64,000 nucleotides of DNA from NCBI GenBank assembly GCA_963727255.1, contig CAVSFC010000002.1, positions 576,001 to 640,000 of the forward strand. The letters are read 5' to 3'. The position numbers were made by a program, and so were the translations under genes. The notes beneath the pieces are model-generated. The model saw only the letters and a program-made list of their open reading frames with translations. It did no database searches and was not told the DNA's origin. This document shows, piece after piece, positions 1 through 12,912 of the stretch (within the stretch, counting starts at the first letter, position 1; every line of letters starts with the position of its first letter). The stretch comes from an uncultured bacterium (GTDB lineage: Bacteria; Babelota; Babeliae; Babelales; Vermiphilaceae).

Positions 1-2
1 TG

Positions 3-119
3 TTTTCGGCTTTGATGGCCTATTTGCTCTATTTCAAAATTAAATCATTATGCCTTTTGTGCACAGCTCTCTATATCATTAATATATTGTTGTTATTGTT
101 AGCAATTCGTTATCGTTGA
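3..119 (+). CDS. Vitamin K epoxide reductase (VKOR) family protein, C-terminal part (truncated by window edge)
   Basis: Manual translation FSALMAYLLYFKIKSLCLLCTALYIINILLLLLAIRYR*: CxxC at the start of the last TM helix, as in VKOR. Confidence 0.7.
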   Translation, partial: FSALMAYLLYFKIKSLCLLCTALYIINILLLLLAIRYR

Positions 120-126
120 GCTTGCT

Positions 127-711
127 ATGTTGAAAACAAATCGTAAAGCCGATTATCCGGTTCTTGAATTAATTCTGAGCCGTTGGTCGGCCCGTTCATT
201 TTCGGATGAGCCGGTTTCTGATCAAGAATTAATGACCATGTTTGATGCGGCTCGCTGGGCTCAAAATTCCTATAATAATCAGCCTTGGCGCTATATCTAT
301 GCGCGTAATGGATCCGCCCATTGGCAGAAGTTCTTAAACTTATTAGCTCCGGCCAATCAACTGTGGGCCCAACGAGCTCAAGTTTTATTGCTTTTGGTTT
401 CTAAAAAGACCTTCGATTATAACAGCGCACCAAGTAAAACACATACGTTTGATACGGGTGCTTCTGCGCAGCTGCTGGCATTGCAGGCGGCCAGCATGAA
501 TATTGTATGCCACGGCATGGAGGGGTTTGATTACGAACGTGCGCGCACAGAACTAAAGGTCCCCGATGGCTATACGGTAGAAGCCATGTTTGCGATCGGA
601 AAATTAGGTAAAAAAGAAGATTTACCGGAAAAATTCCAAAAATCTGAAACTCCTTCAGGGCGCAAACCACTCAAAGAATGTATTGCGGAAGGTGAATTCA
701 AATTTGAATAA
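127..711 (+). CDS. Nitroreductase family protein
   Basis: RWSARSF, WAQNSYNNQPWRY, FDTGA, HGMEGFD motifs. Confidence 0.93.
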   Translation: MLKTNRKADYPVLELILSRWSARSFSDEPVSDQELMTMFDAARWAQNSYNNQPWRYIYARNGSAHWQKFLNLLAPANQLWAQRAQVLLLLVSKKTFDYNSAPSKTHTFDTGASAQLLALQAASMNIVCHGMEGFDYERARTELKVPDGYTVEAMFAIGKLGKKEDLPEKFQKSETPSGRKPLKECIAEGEFKFE

Positions 712-724
712 TATGAATTCATGG

Positions 725-936
725 ATGATAAGTAATAATAAATATAATAAAAATAAAATCTTGCATGATTTGAGCTGTCTATGCTGGTTTGTTGATAAGC
801 ATGCGCTTGATGAGGCAAAAAAAATCAAATGAACCAAGAATTTGTCCGGAGTCTTGAAAAGTTACAGCAAGATCTTGATAAGCATATTTCTGATTTCGAT
901 GCATCGCTCTTTGTGAGCGGCGTATGCAAAAAATAA
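725..936 (+). CDS. Small helical hypothetical protein, frameshifted at an A-run near 817-824
   Basis: Manual: MISNNKYNKNKILHDLSCLCWFVDKHALDEAKK / QEFVRSLEKLQQDLDKHISDFDASLFVSGVCKK*; not in ORF track. Confidence 0.5.
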
Positions 937-1101
937 AAAGCAGCCTGCTAAGGTCTTGAAAAAATTACCTTTCCAAGCAAGGCAACTCAATTCCATACAA
1001 TTTCAAATAGTAAATATTTTTATTGATAAAATGCATAGTAAATTTGACACTTTTCCTTTTTGATCTATATTAAAAATAATACTATTCTAAATGGAGTTTT
1101 T

Positions 1102-1905
1102 ATGAAATTGCAAAAGTTGTTTTCGCTTCTCTCTCTATCGCTTTTAATTCCCCAGGGGCTCGTTCATGCATCGCACTATCCATTATCCTATGAATCCCAA
1201 CAATCAGTAAAGAATGCATCATTAATTGGTGGATTAGTAGGTGGCGCGCTTGGTTTAGCAGCCGGTTGTTACAAACAAAGCCAAGATCCTGCCACTCAAA
1301 ATAAAACTATGTGGGAAAAGATTAAATCATTCCCGTGGCATTATGCCATCATTCCTGCGGTGATTGGTGCCGTTGGTTCTGGTCTTATCAGTTATTATTA
1401 TGTACCAGAGAAATATTTAGAATCCGCTGAAAAACAGCTGAATTCAATTGAACATGATGTGATCTTCAATACGGCTATAGGTTCAAATGAAGTGAGTGAT
1501 CTTAAGAAATTAGCATTCGATTCTCAATATCCCACCCTGAAATCATATGGGCAGGTAGAATCCCTCTTATCCAAAATAAGATCAATAAAAGATTATCTAA
1601 TTACTGTGATAAATTCTGGAATTAATCCATTAGTGAATATAGCGCAAGCGGCTTTGGCTAAAATTAAATCGGCTGAAGAAAAATTGATTTCTATGATGAT
1701 CAAGCTTAAAACCGATGGTTCTTATCATCAAGAATTAGTAACACGAAATACCATAAATCATATGCAGGAAGTTGCATTTCAGCAAGGGCGTATGGCTGCT
1801 GCTGCTGAGAGCCAAGCCAGAGCGGCATGGCATTCAGCACATAATGCCCCTCAGGTAGTAGTGCGCACTGCTAACTCGCCAGATATTGTCATTGTAAAAA
1901 GATAA
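1102..1905 (+). CDS. Secreted/membrane hypothetical protein
   Basis: GGAG RBS then ATG 1102; signal peptide ending VHA; two Gly-rich hydrophobic segments. Confidence 0.7.
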   Translation: MKLQKLFSLLSLSLLIPQGLVHASHYPLSYESQQSVKNASLIGGLVGGALGLAAGCYKQSQDPATQNKTMWEKIKSFPWHYAIIPAVIGAVGSGLISYYYVPEKYLESAEKQLNSIEHDVIFNTAIGSNEVSDLKKLAFDSQYPTLKSYGQVESLLSKIRSIKDYLITVINSGINPLVNIAQAALAKIKSAEEKLISMMIKLKTDGSYHQELVTRNTINHMQEVAFQQGRMAAAAESQARAAWHSAHNAPQVVVRTANSPDIVIVKR

Positions 1906-1913
1906 GTGTTTTT

Positions 1914-2432
1914 ATGAAAAGGTTTATTGTATCTTTCTCGCTCTTGAGTTTTGCTTTTTGTGTGACTGCAGAAACACAATCTCAGCAAATGTATTCAGCC
2001 AACGGGCAAAAGCTCGCTGAATTTGATCAGCAAACGATGAGCAAGTTAGTAAAAGGCATCTCAGGATATCATGAAGATGTTTTGGTAGAAGGTTATTGGG
2101 CCACATCCCCATTAGTAGAACAAGATACTTATGATGGCAAATATCCATTTCCAATAGCGTATAAAGAGCCATGGCCGGGCAAACAAGAATTTCTTGAAAA
2201 ACTGACATTGATCGAGGATTCAAATAAAGTGCAATTAGTGTGCATGAGAGGATCTTCTCCTTCTCGCCTTGAATCATGTTTTGTAGGAAATTCGGAATTC
2301 CATTTTGCAGATGGCCGGTGTACCATCATATGGACCGATGCATTTGGCCCGCATTATGTTGCAAAATATAACGTGAAGCCATCACACGAATTTTATGATT
2401 TTGTAATGAATCTGGTATTAGAGATTCATTAA
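1914..2432 (+). CDS. Secreted hypothetical protein
   Basis: 172 aa ORF with signal peptide. Confidence 0.65.
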   Translation: MKRFIVSFSLLSFAFCVTAETQSQQMYSANGQKLAEFDQQTMSKLVKGISGYHEDVLVEGYWATSPLVEQDTYDGKYPFPIAYKEPWPGKQEFLEKLTLIEDSNKVQLVCMRGSSPSRLESCFVGNSEFHFADGRCTIIWTDAFGPHYVAKYNVKPSHEFYDFVMNLVLEIH

Positions 2433-2467
2433 TTAGAGTTCATTAAAATGATAGAGGGCTCACAGGT

Positions 2468-3711
2468 CTATTCAGCTTGTGAGTTTTCTTTTTGGGATTC
2501 TACATAAAGATCCATAGCTTTTTCAATCAACTCATCTTTCTTATCTTTGAGTTCAGGCTTTGATAAAAAATAGGTACCCAGCAAGGTTGGCAGATCCATA
2601 TCAACTTTCATGGAAGCCCGGCGATCGCGTGAATCAGGTTTGCGAATTGGGATAATCCCAACCAAATACATTGCCGATGAGCATGCTCGTTCAACTGCCT
2701 TGATATCAACTGTATCTTTTCTTCCGGCTGGGATGTGATAGATAATTTTTATCACTGCATCAGTAATTTCATATTTTTCAAGTTCAGCAAGAATTTGCTC
2801 AGTCTGATCGAGGCCAGGTTCCAGATAGACTTCAAGCTTGAATAAATGGGCGCGTCGGCGTTTTTATAAATTCGTGATACGTTTTGCCTTTTTTTTCGAT
2901 ACTCACCAGGCAAAATCCTTTATCTTCTTTGCGTTCACCAAAATCCACCCGTTCAATAGAGCCTGAATAAATAATTGCCGGATATCCGTTAGGATTCAAA
3001 TTTTGATATCGATGCAGATGCCCGAGTGCAACATAATCAAAAGGTTCAATTGCCAATTGTGAAGGCAAGAACGTCGGATCATTGCCATAAATTGCGCGTT
3101 TTTCAGAGCCGGAAAATATTCCTGAAGCTACCGTTAAATGGCCAGCAAGAACTGCCGGAATTTCCGGATCTAGTTTGCGCGCATAATCATTAATAATGTT
3201 TGCAACTGCATTGGCAATATATTCCGTGATTTCCAAACCAGTTTTATAGAGATGTTGATTACTCATAATGATATGTGTTGCGTGTTGGCCACGGGATACC
3301 AACAATATTAATCAGGCCATTTTTAGTTTTTAGTGGCAGAATGGTTGGCTTGGCAATAACATGAAATCCATCAAGCGGCAGATCTTGAAAAATATCAAGG
3401 CTATTGGCTTTGCCAAAGCTGAGCGGATTATCATGATTGCCAACAACAATCACCACGGGAATTTTTGCTTTGAATAAACGCATCAAACAATTGAAGAACA
3501 GTTTTTGCTGCGTAGGGCTTGGATGCGCCGTTTTATACGCATCGCCGCTAAACAAAAAAAAATCTACATTATGCGCAATTGCCTGATCAATGCAAAAATT
3601 GAGTGCTTTTTGAAAATCGAGCAAACGCGAATGGATACCAGTTTTGGGATCAATGCGGCCATAATTTTCCATTCCAAAATGAATATCAGCGGTGTGTATA
3701 AAACGAATCAC
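2468..3711 (-). CDS. sbcD: Exonuclease SbcCD subunit D (Mre11-like), split into three frames
   Basis: HTADIHFG, FSGDAY, VGNHD, ALGHLH, YSGSIERVDFGE motifs across ORFs 3259-3750, 2832-3305, 2468-2755; GTG start 3711. Confidence 0.9.
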
Positions 3712-3728
3712 ACTTTTTCCTTGAAGGG

Positions 3729-3780
3729 CTTGCCCGCCGAAGCTTGCCAAGCCGGTAGGCCTGGATAAGCGTAGGCTGGG
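3729..3780 (+). repeat. Family-B palindromic element (long-loop form)
   Basis: CTTGCCCGCCGAAGC...GCGTAGGCTGGG between glmU stop and sbcD start; matches the outer element at 36911-37020. Confidence 0.8.
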
Positions 3781-5254
3781 TTATGAAGGCTCAGATGTAT
3801 CATTATTTTTCGTTTTGAGTGCACCAACAAATGAATGAAGCGGTCCAGAAGTATGCGCGCCGGTTTCGGGGTTTTTAATATCGCGCAATTGATGCGCATA
3901 TCCTTCTTTATTCACTTGCCTTGCACGTGAAATTGCAAGCGCTGCCGCAGGAACATTTTCACTAATTACTGATCCGGCGGCCGTATAGGCATCCCGCTCA
4001 ATTACCACTGGGGCAATAAGGGTATTATTGCTTCCAATAAATGCATTATCATGAATAATGGTTTGATGTTTAGTTAATCCATTATAATTGCAGGTAATTG
4101 TACCGGCGCCGATATTGACATTAGAACCAATTTGCGCATCTCCCAAATAGGCCAAATGTTTTGCCTTGGTTCCTTTGCCAATAGTGCTTTTTTTAACTTC
4201 GACAAAATTGCCCAAAATAACCTGCTCGCCAATTGCCGAATGTTCTCTAATATGCGCGAAGGGCCCTATTTGCGATAATGCGCCAACGGATGAATCTTTA
4301 ATAATGCAATGGGGTAAAATGTCGCACCCATCGCCTAAATGGCTTGCTTCAATCGATGCGAATTCCTGAATGCGGCAATTTTTACCCAGAATGCTTCCTT
4401 TGAGTAAATGTACGCCACACCCGATATAGCTTCCCGACCCGATGGTTACATCCAGATCGATATGAACATTTTGAGCGATAGAAAAATGTACTCCTTTTTC
4501 CATCCAATATTTAATAAGTTCTGCACGTTTAATCTGTTCAGCTGCCCACAATTCTTGGAGCGTATTGATCCCGCGAATCCGATCAAACGGCGCCGAGGTG
4601 GTTGTAACAGTTCTTTTTTGATCACTTGCTATTTTAATCAGATCGGTAATGTAAAATTCTCTGAGTTGTCTCATTTTGACTAATATCTTTTATGCATTGT
4701 TGTAAAAATTGTTTACGAACCAGATAAATACCGGCATTGATGCAGCAATGTTCATTTGCATCACCATCAAAATCACGTGCTTCTACAATCTTGATTGAGT
4801 CGCCAGTTTTTACGACGCGGCCATATCCGCCGGTTGCAGGATCAGCATTATGCGCTGTGACAAAACTGATATCCGCATGTGTAGCCAAATGCTTTTCATA
4901 AAGGCTTTCAATGATTTGGGTTGTAACCAGAGGTACATCGCCATTCATAATAAGAATATGCTCACGATCCCAAATCGGTTGCGTGCACATTAATGCATGG
5001 CCAGTGCCACACTGCTCTTCTTGGATTACAAAATTGATGGCATTATGATGATGACGGGTAATAGTTTCTTTGATTGCATCTTTTTGGTATCCCACTACTA
5101 CGGCGATTGGCACGCTCAATTGTTCGAGTAAGCGGGTAGTATATAATATCATTTCTTGACCGCAAATTTTTTCTAATAGTTTTGTTCTGCCGGTATTAAA
5201 GCGGGTAGATTTTCCCGCGGCAAGAATAATTGCTTGAGCTTTATTTGAAAACAT
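3781..5254 (-). CDS. glmU: Bifunctional UDP-GlcNAc pyrophosphorylase/glucosamine-1-P acetyltransferase, frameshift near 4660
   Basis: ILAAGKSTR, GTGHA, GDVPL, YGRVV, EFYITD, GPFAHIR, KAKHLAYLGDA, GAGTITCNY. Confidence 0.95.
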
Positions 5255-5500
5255 AAATCTCCTTTCATTGGAAATGGTAATGCACTGATGATTGCAGGCA
5301 GAAAAATTCTACCACATCCTCTGGCTAAGTCTATGAGGTGCATTTTTTGGTAAATTACTAACTTTTTTCTGTTTTAACGTGAGGATAGCCAGTGCTGAGT
5401 GTATCGAATGAACGCAATTAAATAAAAGATTTTTTGCAAAAAAATGAATGACTTATACACTATATAGTGCGTTAATACTTAATATCAATCGATTTAAAGC

Positions 5501-5592
5501 GGAGAGATGGCTGAGTGGTCGAAAGCGGCCGCCTCGAAAGCGGCTATTCTATGTAAATGGAATCGAGGGTTCGAATCCCTCTCTCTCCTCCA
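5501..5592 (+). tRNA. tRNA-Ser(CGA), long variable arm, encoded CCA
   Basis: GGAGAGA/TCTCTCC acceptor stem; GCCGC-CT-CGA-AA-GCGGC anticodon arm; GAGGGTTCGAATCCCTC T arm. Confidence 0.96.
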
Positions 5593-5593
5593 G

Positions 5594-5765
5594 TCTCCGC
5601 CCCAAAGGGCTACGCCTGGCTGCGCCATCACTTAAAGAAATACCATCAAAGCTTGATAGCGCGATGCGGAGACTGCCCGGCGAAGCAGCAACTTCTTTAG
5701 TTATTGACATTAAATGAAGTGGAAGCGAAGCCTGGGCAACCAAGCTTCGATCGGCAGTGCCAGCA
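5594..5765. repeat. Cluster of degenerate family-B-like hairpins downstream of tRNA
   Basis: GTCTCCGCCCAAAGGGCTACGCCTGG; CTGCCCGGCGAAGC...GCGAAGCCTGGG. Confidence 0.55.
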
Positions 5766-5819
5766 CTTAGGGAATAATTGTAAATAAAGAAAATTGGATA
5801 GCGTAGATAGGATTAATAC

Positions 5820-7072
5820 ATGATAATGCGAAACATAAGATTTTTACTGGGAATACTACTCGTATTAACCGTCTCAAACTCTCTGGAAGCGATGGTTTTT
5901 GATAATCGCTATTTTCCGCTCATTCAGTATCCCTATATTAGTTTTCCCGGAAGAGAATCGCATCTGACCGGCTGATTTTTTTATAACAACCGCGAGCAAC
6001 GCTGCCGATGATCGGGATCGCGCAATCGGCATAGCAGAACTTTCAGGGCCTTTTGATCAATCGCAACTGGCATATTCGATGATGTTGGCAGGCTTTCCAA
6101 ATCCTCTGCCACCCGATTTTGATTGATGGTGAATTGCCATGGATATTTACGAGGCAAATTGCAAACGCAAGGATTTGCATTTTCATATCGCCAATATCTT
6201 AACTGCAATTTTTCAGTTGGTATCTTGGGTTTTGCAATGCGCTCTAATTCATATATTGATTTTCTATTTAATCAATCAAAGGCTTCATCATTGTCGGCTA
6301 TTTTAACTGAAAGTGCTATTTTAGAATTGGATGATACGCGTCGCGCCATGTTGGCAACGCTTGGCTTAGCATGCAACCATGTGCATCAAGCAGGTTTTGG
6401 CGATACTGAAATTTATGCGCGGTGGTTTGATCGCTATGAATATTATTTTAAATTGCGCTCATTAGAATATGCTCTTAGATTGGGGCTTTTAATCCCGACG
6501 GGCGTTAAACGAGAAATAAATAAACCGGCATCGGTTCCCTTTGGCGGCAATGGGCATTGGGGGGTATATGTAAGTGGCGATGGAGAATTTGAAATCAAAG
6601 AGGATTGGAAAGTGGGAGTTTTATTGCGTGTGAGCAAACGATTTGCCCGCACTCGCAATGAAACGGATGCCGGTCGATAAAGAGCCACAAATTTTTGGCG
6701 TGGTAACCGGACTTGCAAAAATAGATCCAGGTTTCACGGAAATATTTTGCGATTTATGGCCAAATGGAAGGATTACGAGAAGGATTTGGTTTGCGTTTGC
6801 AATATACTTTGATTAATCATAATCAAGATAATTGGACTGATGAGCGAGTGGATAAAACTATTCCCGTTAACTTAGAACCGGTTGATCAACGATCAGGATG
6901 GGCATCTGAATATATCACGCTCTCAGCATTTTATGATTTTGAAAAAACCTCGCGAGAATGTGCAAATAAGCCAATCGTGCGCGCAGCATGGGATATTCCA
7001 TTTACTTTGCTTGTTGGCCATCGATTTGTTCACTCATACAAAGTATCATTAGGATTAGAATTTAATTTTTAA
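5820..7072 (+). CDS. Probable outer-membrane beta-barrel protein, several frameshifts
   Basis: Signal peptide MIMRNIRFLLGILLVLTVSNSLEA-M; alternating-pattern strands; C-terminal VSLGLEFNF resembling a BAM beta-signal. Confidence 0.55.
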
Positions 7073-8132
<1,060 letters not shown>

Positions 8133-8139
8133 GGAATTT

Positions 8140-8929
8140 ATGGCACAATCCACGGAATTCCCTTAAAAAAAAATACGGCCAGCATTTTTTGCGCGATCAG
8201 CGAGTGGTTGAGCATATGCTTGAGCAGGTTGATTTAACGGCGCAAAGCAGTGTTTTAGAAATTGGTTGTGGAGATGGATTTTTAACGCAAGAAATTGTTA
8301 AACATCCATTTGCGCGATTTTGGATTTTTGAAATTGATCCTCAATGGGCGGGCTTTGTAAAAAATGCCGTTCGTGATAAACGGCTTGAGATGTATGAAGA
8401 AAATATTTTAGATGTTGATTTTACACGTTTTGAGCCGTATAAGCCATGGACGGTTCTTTCTAATTTGCCGTATCAGATTACGTTTCCTATTTTGCATCTT
8501 TTTCAAAAAAATCGTGATCTATTCAAAGAAGGGGTGATCATGATTCAAGAAGAGGTTGCGCAAAAAATTGTAAAAACATCCGGACGGGGATATGGATTCC
8601 CCTCATTATTTTTCCAATATTATTTTGAATGGAAGTTGTTGCAAAAAGTACCACCCGGAGCTTTTCTCCCGCCTCCAAAAGTATATTCACGATTGCTTTA
8701 TTTTAAGCCCAAAAAAAATCTGGTTCCAATTCCTGATGAAGAAGAATTTTGGCAATTTATTAAACATTGCTTTGCGCAACCACGCCGAACCCTGAGGAAT
8801 AATCTGCAACAGTATCATTATAATTTAATTCATTTTTCTGATCAGACATTGGCACTTCGTGCGCAGCAGATGAGCATGCAAGATCTCATCGATATGTGGA
8901 AGTTGGTTAAGAGTTTTACTGAAAAATGA
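8140..8929 (+). CDS. rsmA: 16S rRNA adenine dimethyltransferase (5' frameshift near A-run)
   Basis: KKKYGQHFL, LEIGCGDGFLT, SNLPYQI, MIQEEVA, FLPPPKVYS. Confidence 0.93.
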
Positions 8930-8997
8930 TTTTCATAGAATGCGTATCAATAACATTGCAATGATAATAGCGATGCCTTAAATAAAAAGGAGTAAAC

Positions 8998-9783
8998 ATG
9001 CAAATCAAGAACTTGGCCATAGCATTGCTTGCAATTTCGAATATACTATGCCTCTTTATAATTATTGGGCAAAAAACCAAGCTTCACTCAAATTATAACG
9101 CTGATCCCTTCGTTACCACCGCATTCTATGATAAAGAGATGCTAGGAGCATTAAAAGAAAATTTGATGGGGATGTACAATATTTCTGAAGCAACATGCGG
9201 AGCAGCCGTAGGTCTTTCAAAAAAGAGTTGTATTGTCGGAACAGCTCGATTCGATATGGCATGCTTGTTGCGAGGATCGAGAAAGATAGCATGGGCAACA
9301 TTACAAGATGTTAAAAGCGAACTAATTGGTGAATATTCTACATTTGCCCAACTTGCCCAAGCAGAAAATATTAAAGAGATGGATGGTGTATCATATCGCC
9401 CCGAAGATAAACGGAACGCTTTATTGTTCATAAAGCAAAAAATATTTTATGAACGCAACGATTTTCGAGCTAATGATTACCTGCGAGGTTATTTACTTGG
9501 GTATAATATTAAAGACATTGAATTCTTTTACAAACGATGGGCTTTCATGATGAATCGAAGCGTGGAACTGCTTTCTTCGGTTCCGGGTTCCTATGTTGAA
9601 TTTTCTCCGGAACTTAAAAAGCAGTTCGAACAGTATATAAAAGAGGGTTGGCCAGGAACAACAAGCCAAATGAGATATGAGTCTGAAAAAAATGATGCGC
9701 TGAAATGGCTTGAAGAGAATAAAAATTTTAGCGACGAGCAACTTTATGAACAAATACAAGAACTCAAGAAAGTGGCTGCCTAA
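8998..9783 (+). CDS. Hypothetical protein with N-terminal signal/anchor
   Basis: AGGAG RBS; 261 aa ORF. Confidence 0.7.
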   Translation: MQIKNLAIALLAISNILCLFIIIGQKTKLHSNYNADPFVTTAFYDKEMLGALKENLMGMYNISEATCGAAVGLSKKSCIVGTARFDMACLLRGSRKIAWATLQDVKSELIGEYSTFAQLAQAENIKEMDGVSYRPEDKRNALLFIKQKIFYERNDFRANDYLRGYLLGYNIKDIEFFYKRWAFMMNRSVELLSSVPGSYVEFSPELKKQFEQYIKEGWPGTTSQMRYESEKNDALKWLEENKNFSDEQLYEQIQELKKVAA

Positions 9784-9830
9784 CCATTGCTTATTTAACG
9801 TGAACTCAATCTAAGAAATTTTACCTATGT

Positions 9831-9956
9831 CCGCTCGTGGTGAGTGATTGCGAAGCAATCGTATCGAACCATGCGGACGGCAGAATTCATTTTATTATTC
9901 AAAAGGCCGCATAGATTCGATACGCCTTATTTCATTCGGCTACTCACTACGAGCGA
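9831..9956. repeat. Inverted pair of family-A palindromic elements (REPIN-like)
   Basis: CCGCTCG-TGGT-GAG-loop-TCGA-ACCA (9831-9876) and inverted copy (9907-9956). Confidence 0.8.
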
Positions 9957-10014
9957 CCTGAAGAAATTGTGTCTAAACTAAAGCTTTTTTATGAATTCTT
10001 AGGTCGGACTTGCA

Positions 10015-11412
10015 TTATTTATTATTGCATGCGATAGCTTCTTTTGCTTCCATCTTTTGTCTGCATTTTTTATCTCGCAAAATCACGCTTGCCTTTTCGT
10101 ATGCTTGCATAATATGTTCGTTATAGATTTCGTGGTTAAATAATGCGGGATCCGGTTTAAATTGGAGGGCTATATTCTTAAGCTCTAAGAAATTTTCGAT
10201 TCCGATAAATGGCAATTTATACACTTGCGGGCATTTCAAATTATTATTAATCACCATTGAATTGCGGCGAGGATCTAATGTAATTGTAATCGGGGTATCT
10301 GCTTTAAAATTGCGTTCAAAAGGCTTTATGCTATTGGCAATGAATGGCATAAATGCAATGATCGGCAGCGGGTATAAAGGGAATGTTGATCGATAGTTTA
10401 AAGGTGTCCATCCAAAAAACCATAATTCAATATGTCCCGGAGACACATTACGAAAATTTCGGCTGCATTTTTTGCCATCATAAATGAGCGGGCCCTCGTG
10501 CATGCAAGCTTTGATCGGCTCGCAACCTTCTCCCTTTTTTCGAATTACTCGGATCTCAATTTGAATCAATTTATCCGGCACCTGGAAATCATAATGATTT
10601 TTAAATGCGCGGTCGGAGAAAAATTCACCGCACGAAAAAAAGTCTAATTTCTGCACCCGATCGCCGCGAGAAAATACGTTATACACTTTTTTGAACAGCG
10701 GATCATTAATAAAATAATCGGTATCATATTGGATAGGGGTACCGAATATGAATGCCTCATCAACGCTAAAATTTGGTTGTAACTCCTCTTTTTGTTTGAC
10801 CATTGCCAATTTTAGAATAATCGTACCGCCATGGCTATAGCCAAAAAGGCGTATTTTAGGGTGAATTCCTTGGTTTCTATACCGAGCAACCTCGTTTTCT
10901 AGGGCAAATAAAAAATCACGCGCATCATTATACCGTGCACTGCGGCTCAAAAGGCCTGACCAGCCATAGGTATAATAGTAATTCTTGCTTGGAGTAAGCG
11001 GGTTAATCTGCTGCACCATCTCAAAAACATTTGCCATAGCTGAGGCTGCTGCCCCTTTTTCATGGGTATCCATAACTATCGGGCGCAGTCCGCGGGCTTG
11101 TATGGGTTGATTTTGGAAAAAGAATGGATCATCACGCATAAGATCGACTGTCTCTGCGTACATTGATTCATAAACATTGTCGGTTAAAAATCGAACAAAA
11201 TTTGAAACGGTAATATGGGGCTTTATGCTGATGATCCCATGAATATAGACATTGAGCCAAACTTCTTGGCCATTGCTTTGGGGTATTGCAGCAAGATTCT
11301 GATTTTTGGTAACTGGTTCTCGAGAAAGGGTATTCACGTGAGCCAAAATTGGTGAGCATGCCCAAAAAGCAAGAAATAATGCGCGATGATAATTGGCAGC
11401 GATCTTCACCAA
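10015..11412 (-). CDS. Secreted alpha/beta-hydrolase-like protein
   Basis: VYIHG, YGWSG, GYSHGG (GxSxG nucleophile elbow), FGTPI; signal peptide. Confidence 0.65.
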   Translation of the reverse strand: MVKIAANYHRALFLAFWACSPILAHVNTLSREPVTKNQNLAAIPQSNGQEVWLNVYIHGIISIKPHITVSNFVRFLTDNVYESMYAETVDLMRDDPFFFQNQPIQARGLRPIVMDTHEKGAAASAMANVFEMVQQINPLTPSKNYYYTYGWSGLLSRSARYNDARDFLFALENEVARYRNQGIHPKIRLFGYSHGGTIILKLAMVKQKEELQPNFSVDEAFIFGTPIQYDTDYFINDPLFKKVYNVFSRGDRVQKLDFFSCGEFFSDRAFKNHYDFQVPDKLIQIEIRVIRKKGEGCEPIKACMHEGPLIYDGKKCSRNFRNVSPGHIELWFFGWTPLNYRSTFPLYPLPIIAFMPFIANSIKPFERNFKADTPITITLDPRRNSMVINNNLKCPQVYKLPFIGIENFLELKNIALQFKPDPALFNHEIYNEHIMQAYEKASVILRDKKCRQKMEAKEAIACNNK

Positions 11413-11692
11413 AAAAGCCCTTTAAATCAACTTATTTTCAATACCAGTATAGCATCTGCATAGGTAAATACCTATGCCCCCTCGTGCTATATTCCCTTAT
11501 CCTGCATTGAGTGTAGCATAAACAGCTATATAAATTCAAACTGAAAACAAAAATATAATTAAAAAACCCTATGAATATGGTATTATTTGATATTTGTGTT
11601 GTTTTTTATTGCATAAGCAACGCCAAGTTTTAATTGCAGATTTGAGCGTTAAGGGGATATTCTAGGAGATAATTCCCTAGAAGGAGAAAACG

Positions 11693-12361
11693 ATGATCTT
11701 TTTTAGCCGCCTTAAGCGATTCGCAGTACTGTTTGGGCATCTTTTGCATACCACTTTTCAAATGCTCTATGGAGGATGGCGAATAAGCAAGCTTCCCCAG
11801 CCAATCGTATCAATCTTTGGCAGTTCTCGATTACGCCAGAATACCCCCTATACCAACAAAGCCCATGAGCTGGGAAGGCGGTTTATGGAAAGTGGGGTTT
11901 CTGTTCTGACTGGAGGGGGGCCAGGAATTATGGAAGCAGCTATCTGCGATTTGAATGTTACGGGTCCGGGCAAAGGCAAAAGCATGGGAATCGGAGTTCG
12001 TGGATTGGATGAAGGCTGGAACGTCTGCGCACAAGATTATTTTGAGCTTGAGTATTTTTTTGCTCGAAAATGGTTACTCATGCAATTTTCTATGGGTTTT
12101 GTGATTTTCCCTGGGGGTTTTGGGACACTCGATGAGCTTGCTGAAGTGCTAACTTTAATTCAAACAAAATCTTTGAAACAATTTCCGGTTGTTTTAATTG
12201 GCAAAGAATATTGGCAGCCCTTGGTTGATTGGATTCAAGATGAGGCTTTGCAACATGGTGCAATTCTCAAGGAAGAGCTCGAATTTTTCTATGTCACCGA
12301 TAACCTTGATGAAGCATACTGCTGGGTGCTTGGCAAATGCGAGATACTTAAACAGAATTAA
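11693..12361 (+). CDS. LOG family (TIGR00730) nucleotide phosphoribohydrolase
   Basis: VSIFGSSR, TGGGPGIMEAA, FFARK, PGGFGTLDEL. Confidence 0.93.
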   Translation: MIFFSRLKRFAVLFGHLLHTTFQMLYGGWRISKLPQPIVSIFGSSRLRQNTPYTNKAHELGRRFMESGVSVLTGGGPGIMEAAICDLNVTGPGKGKSMGIGVRGLDEGWNVCAQDYFELEYFFARKWLLMQFSMGFVIFPGGFGTLDELAEVLTLIQTKSLKQFPVVLIGKEYWQPLVDWIQDEALQHGAILKEELEFFYVTDNLDEAYCWVLGKCEILKQN

Positions 12362-12891
12362 TTTTTATTATCCTTAGCTTCTTCCTCTTCATCTGAGTCT
12401 TGATTATTAATTAATTTGTCAAATGTTATTACATGTCCTTTATTGATTGCAGCGTTCAAATATACGGCTTTATATTGTTCAGCGACGCGTACAGCTTCAG
12501 CATGTTGATCTGGGTAAAAAAACTGATAATGATTTGCGCATACAGCTGCAGACTGTGCTTCTACTTTAGCCAGATCGCGGGCTACTTTGGCAGCAGCTTT
12601 TATTTCTATATTAAGTGGTATCCATTTTTTGCTGTTGCACAAAGCTCCAAGATTATTCAATGAAGTAGAAACCAACTCGGGATTTTCACATGCAAGGAGT
12701 TGTTTACGTATCGTACTGTAGAGTTCGTTGAATGTTTGTAGGAATGGAGCTGTTTCTTCTTCTGCAATCTCTCCTTTTAAAGCATTGGAAATAAAATCTG
12801 CAGGATCTTGATTTTCGCTACCTGATTTTTCCATGCAGATTAAAACTGAAGAAATGAGTAAGCAGTGAGAAATAATTAATAATGTCTTCAT
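12358..12891 (-). CDS. Secreted hypothetical protein
   Basis: Signal peptide ...VLIC-MEK. Confidence 0.7.
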   Translation of the reverse strand: MKTLLIISHCLLISSVLICMEKSGSENQDPADFISNALKGEIAEEETAPFLQTFNELYSTIRKQLLACENPELVSTSLNNLGALCNSKKWIPLNIEIKAAAKVARDLAKVEAQSAAVCANHYQFFYPDQHAEAVRVAEQYKAVYLNAAINKGHVITFDKLINNQDSDEEEEAKDNKN

Positions 12892-12912
12892 TTAATATCT
12901 TTTCTACTTTAG

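Noticed and set aside
2468..5254. Programmed frameshifting or true pseudogenes in sbcD and glmU
   Set aside because: No consistent slippery sites; the same pattern affects many essential genes and is best explained by indel errors.
5593..5820. Integrative element at tRNA-Ser
   Set aside because: No integrase and no duplicated tRNA 3' end seen in the window.
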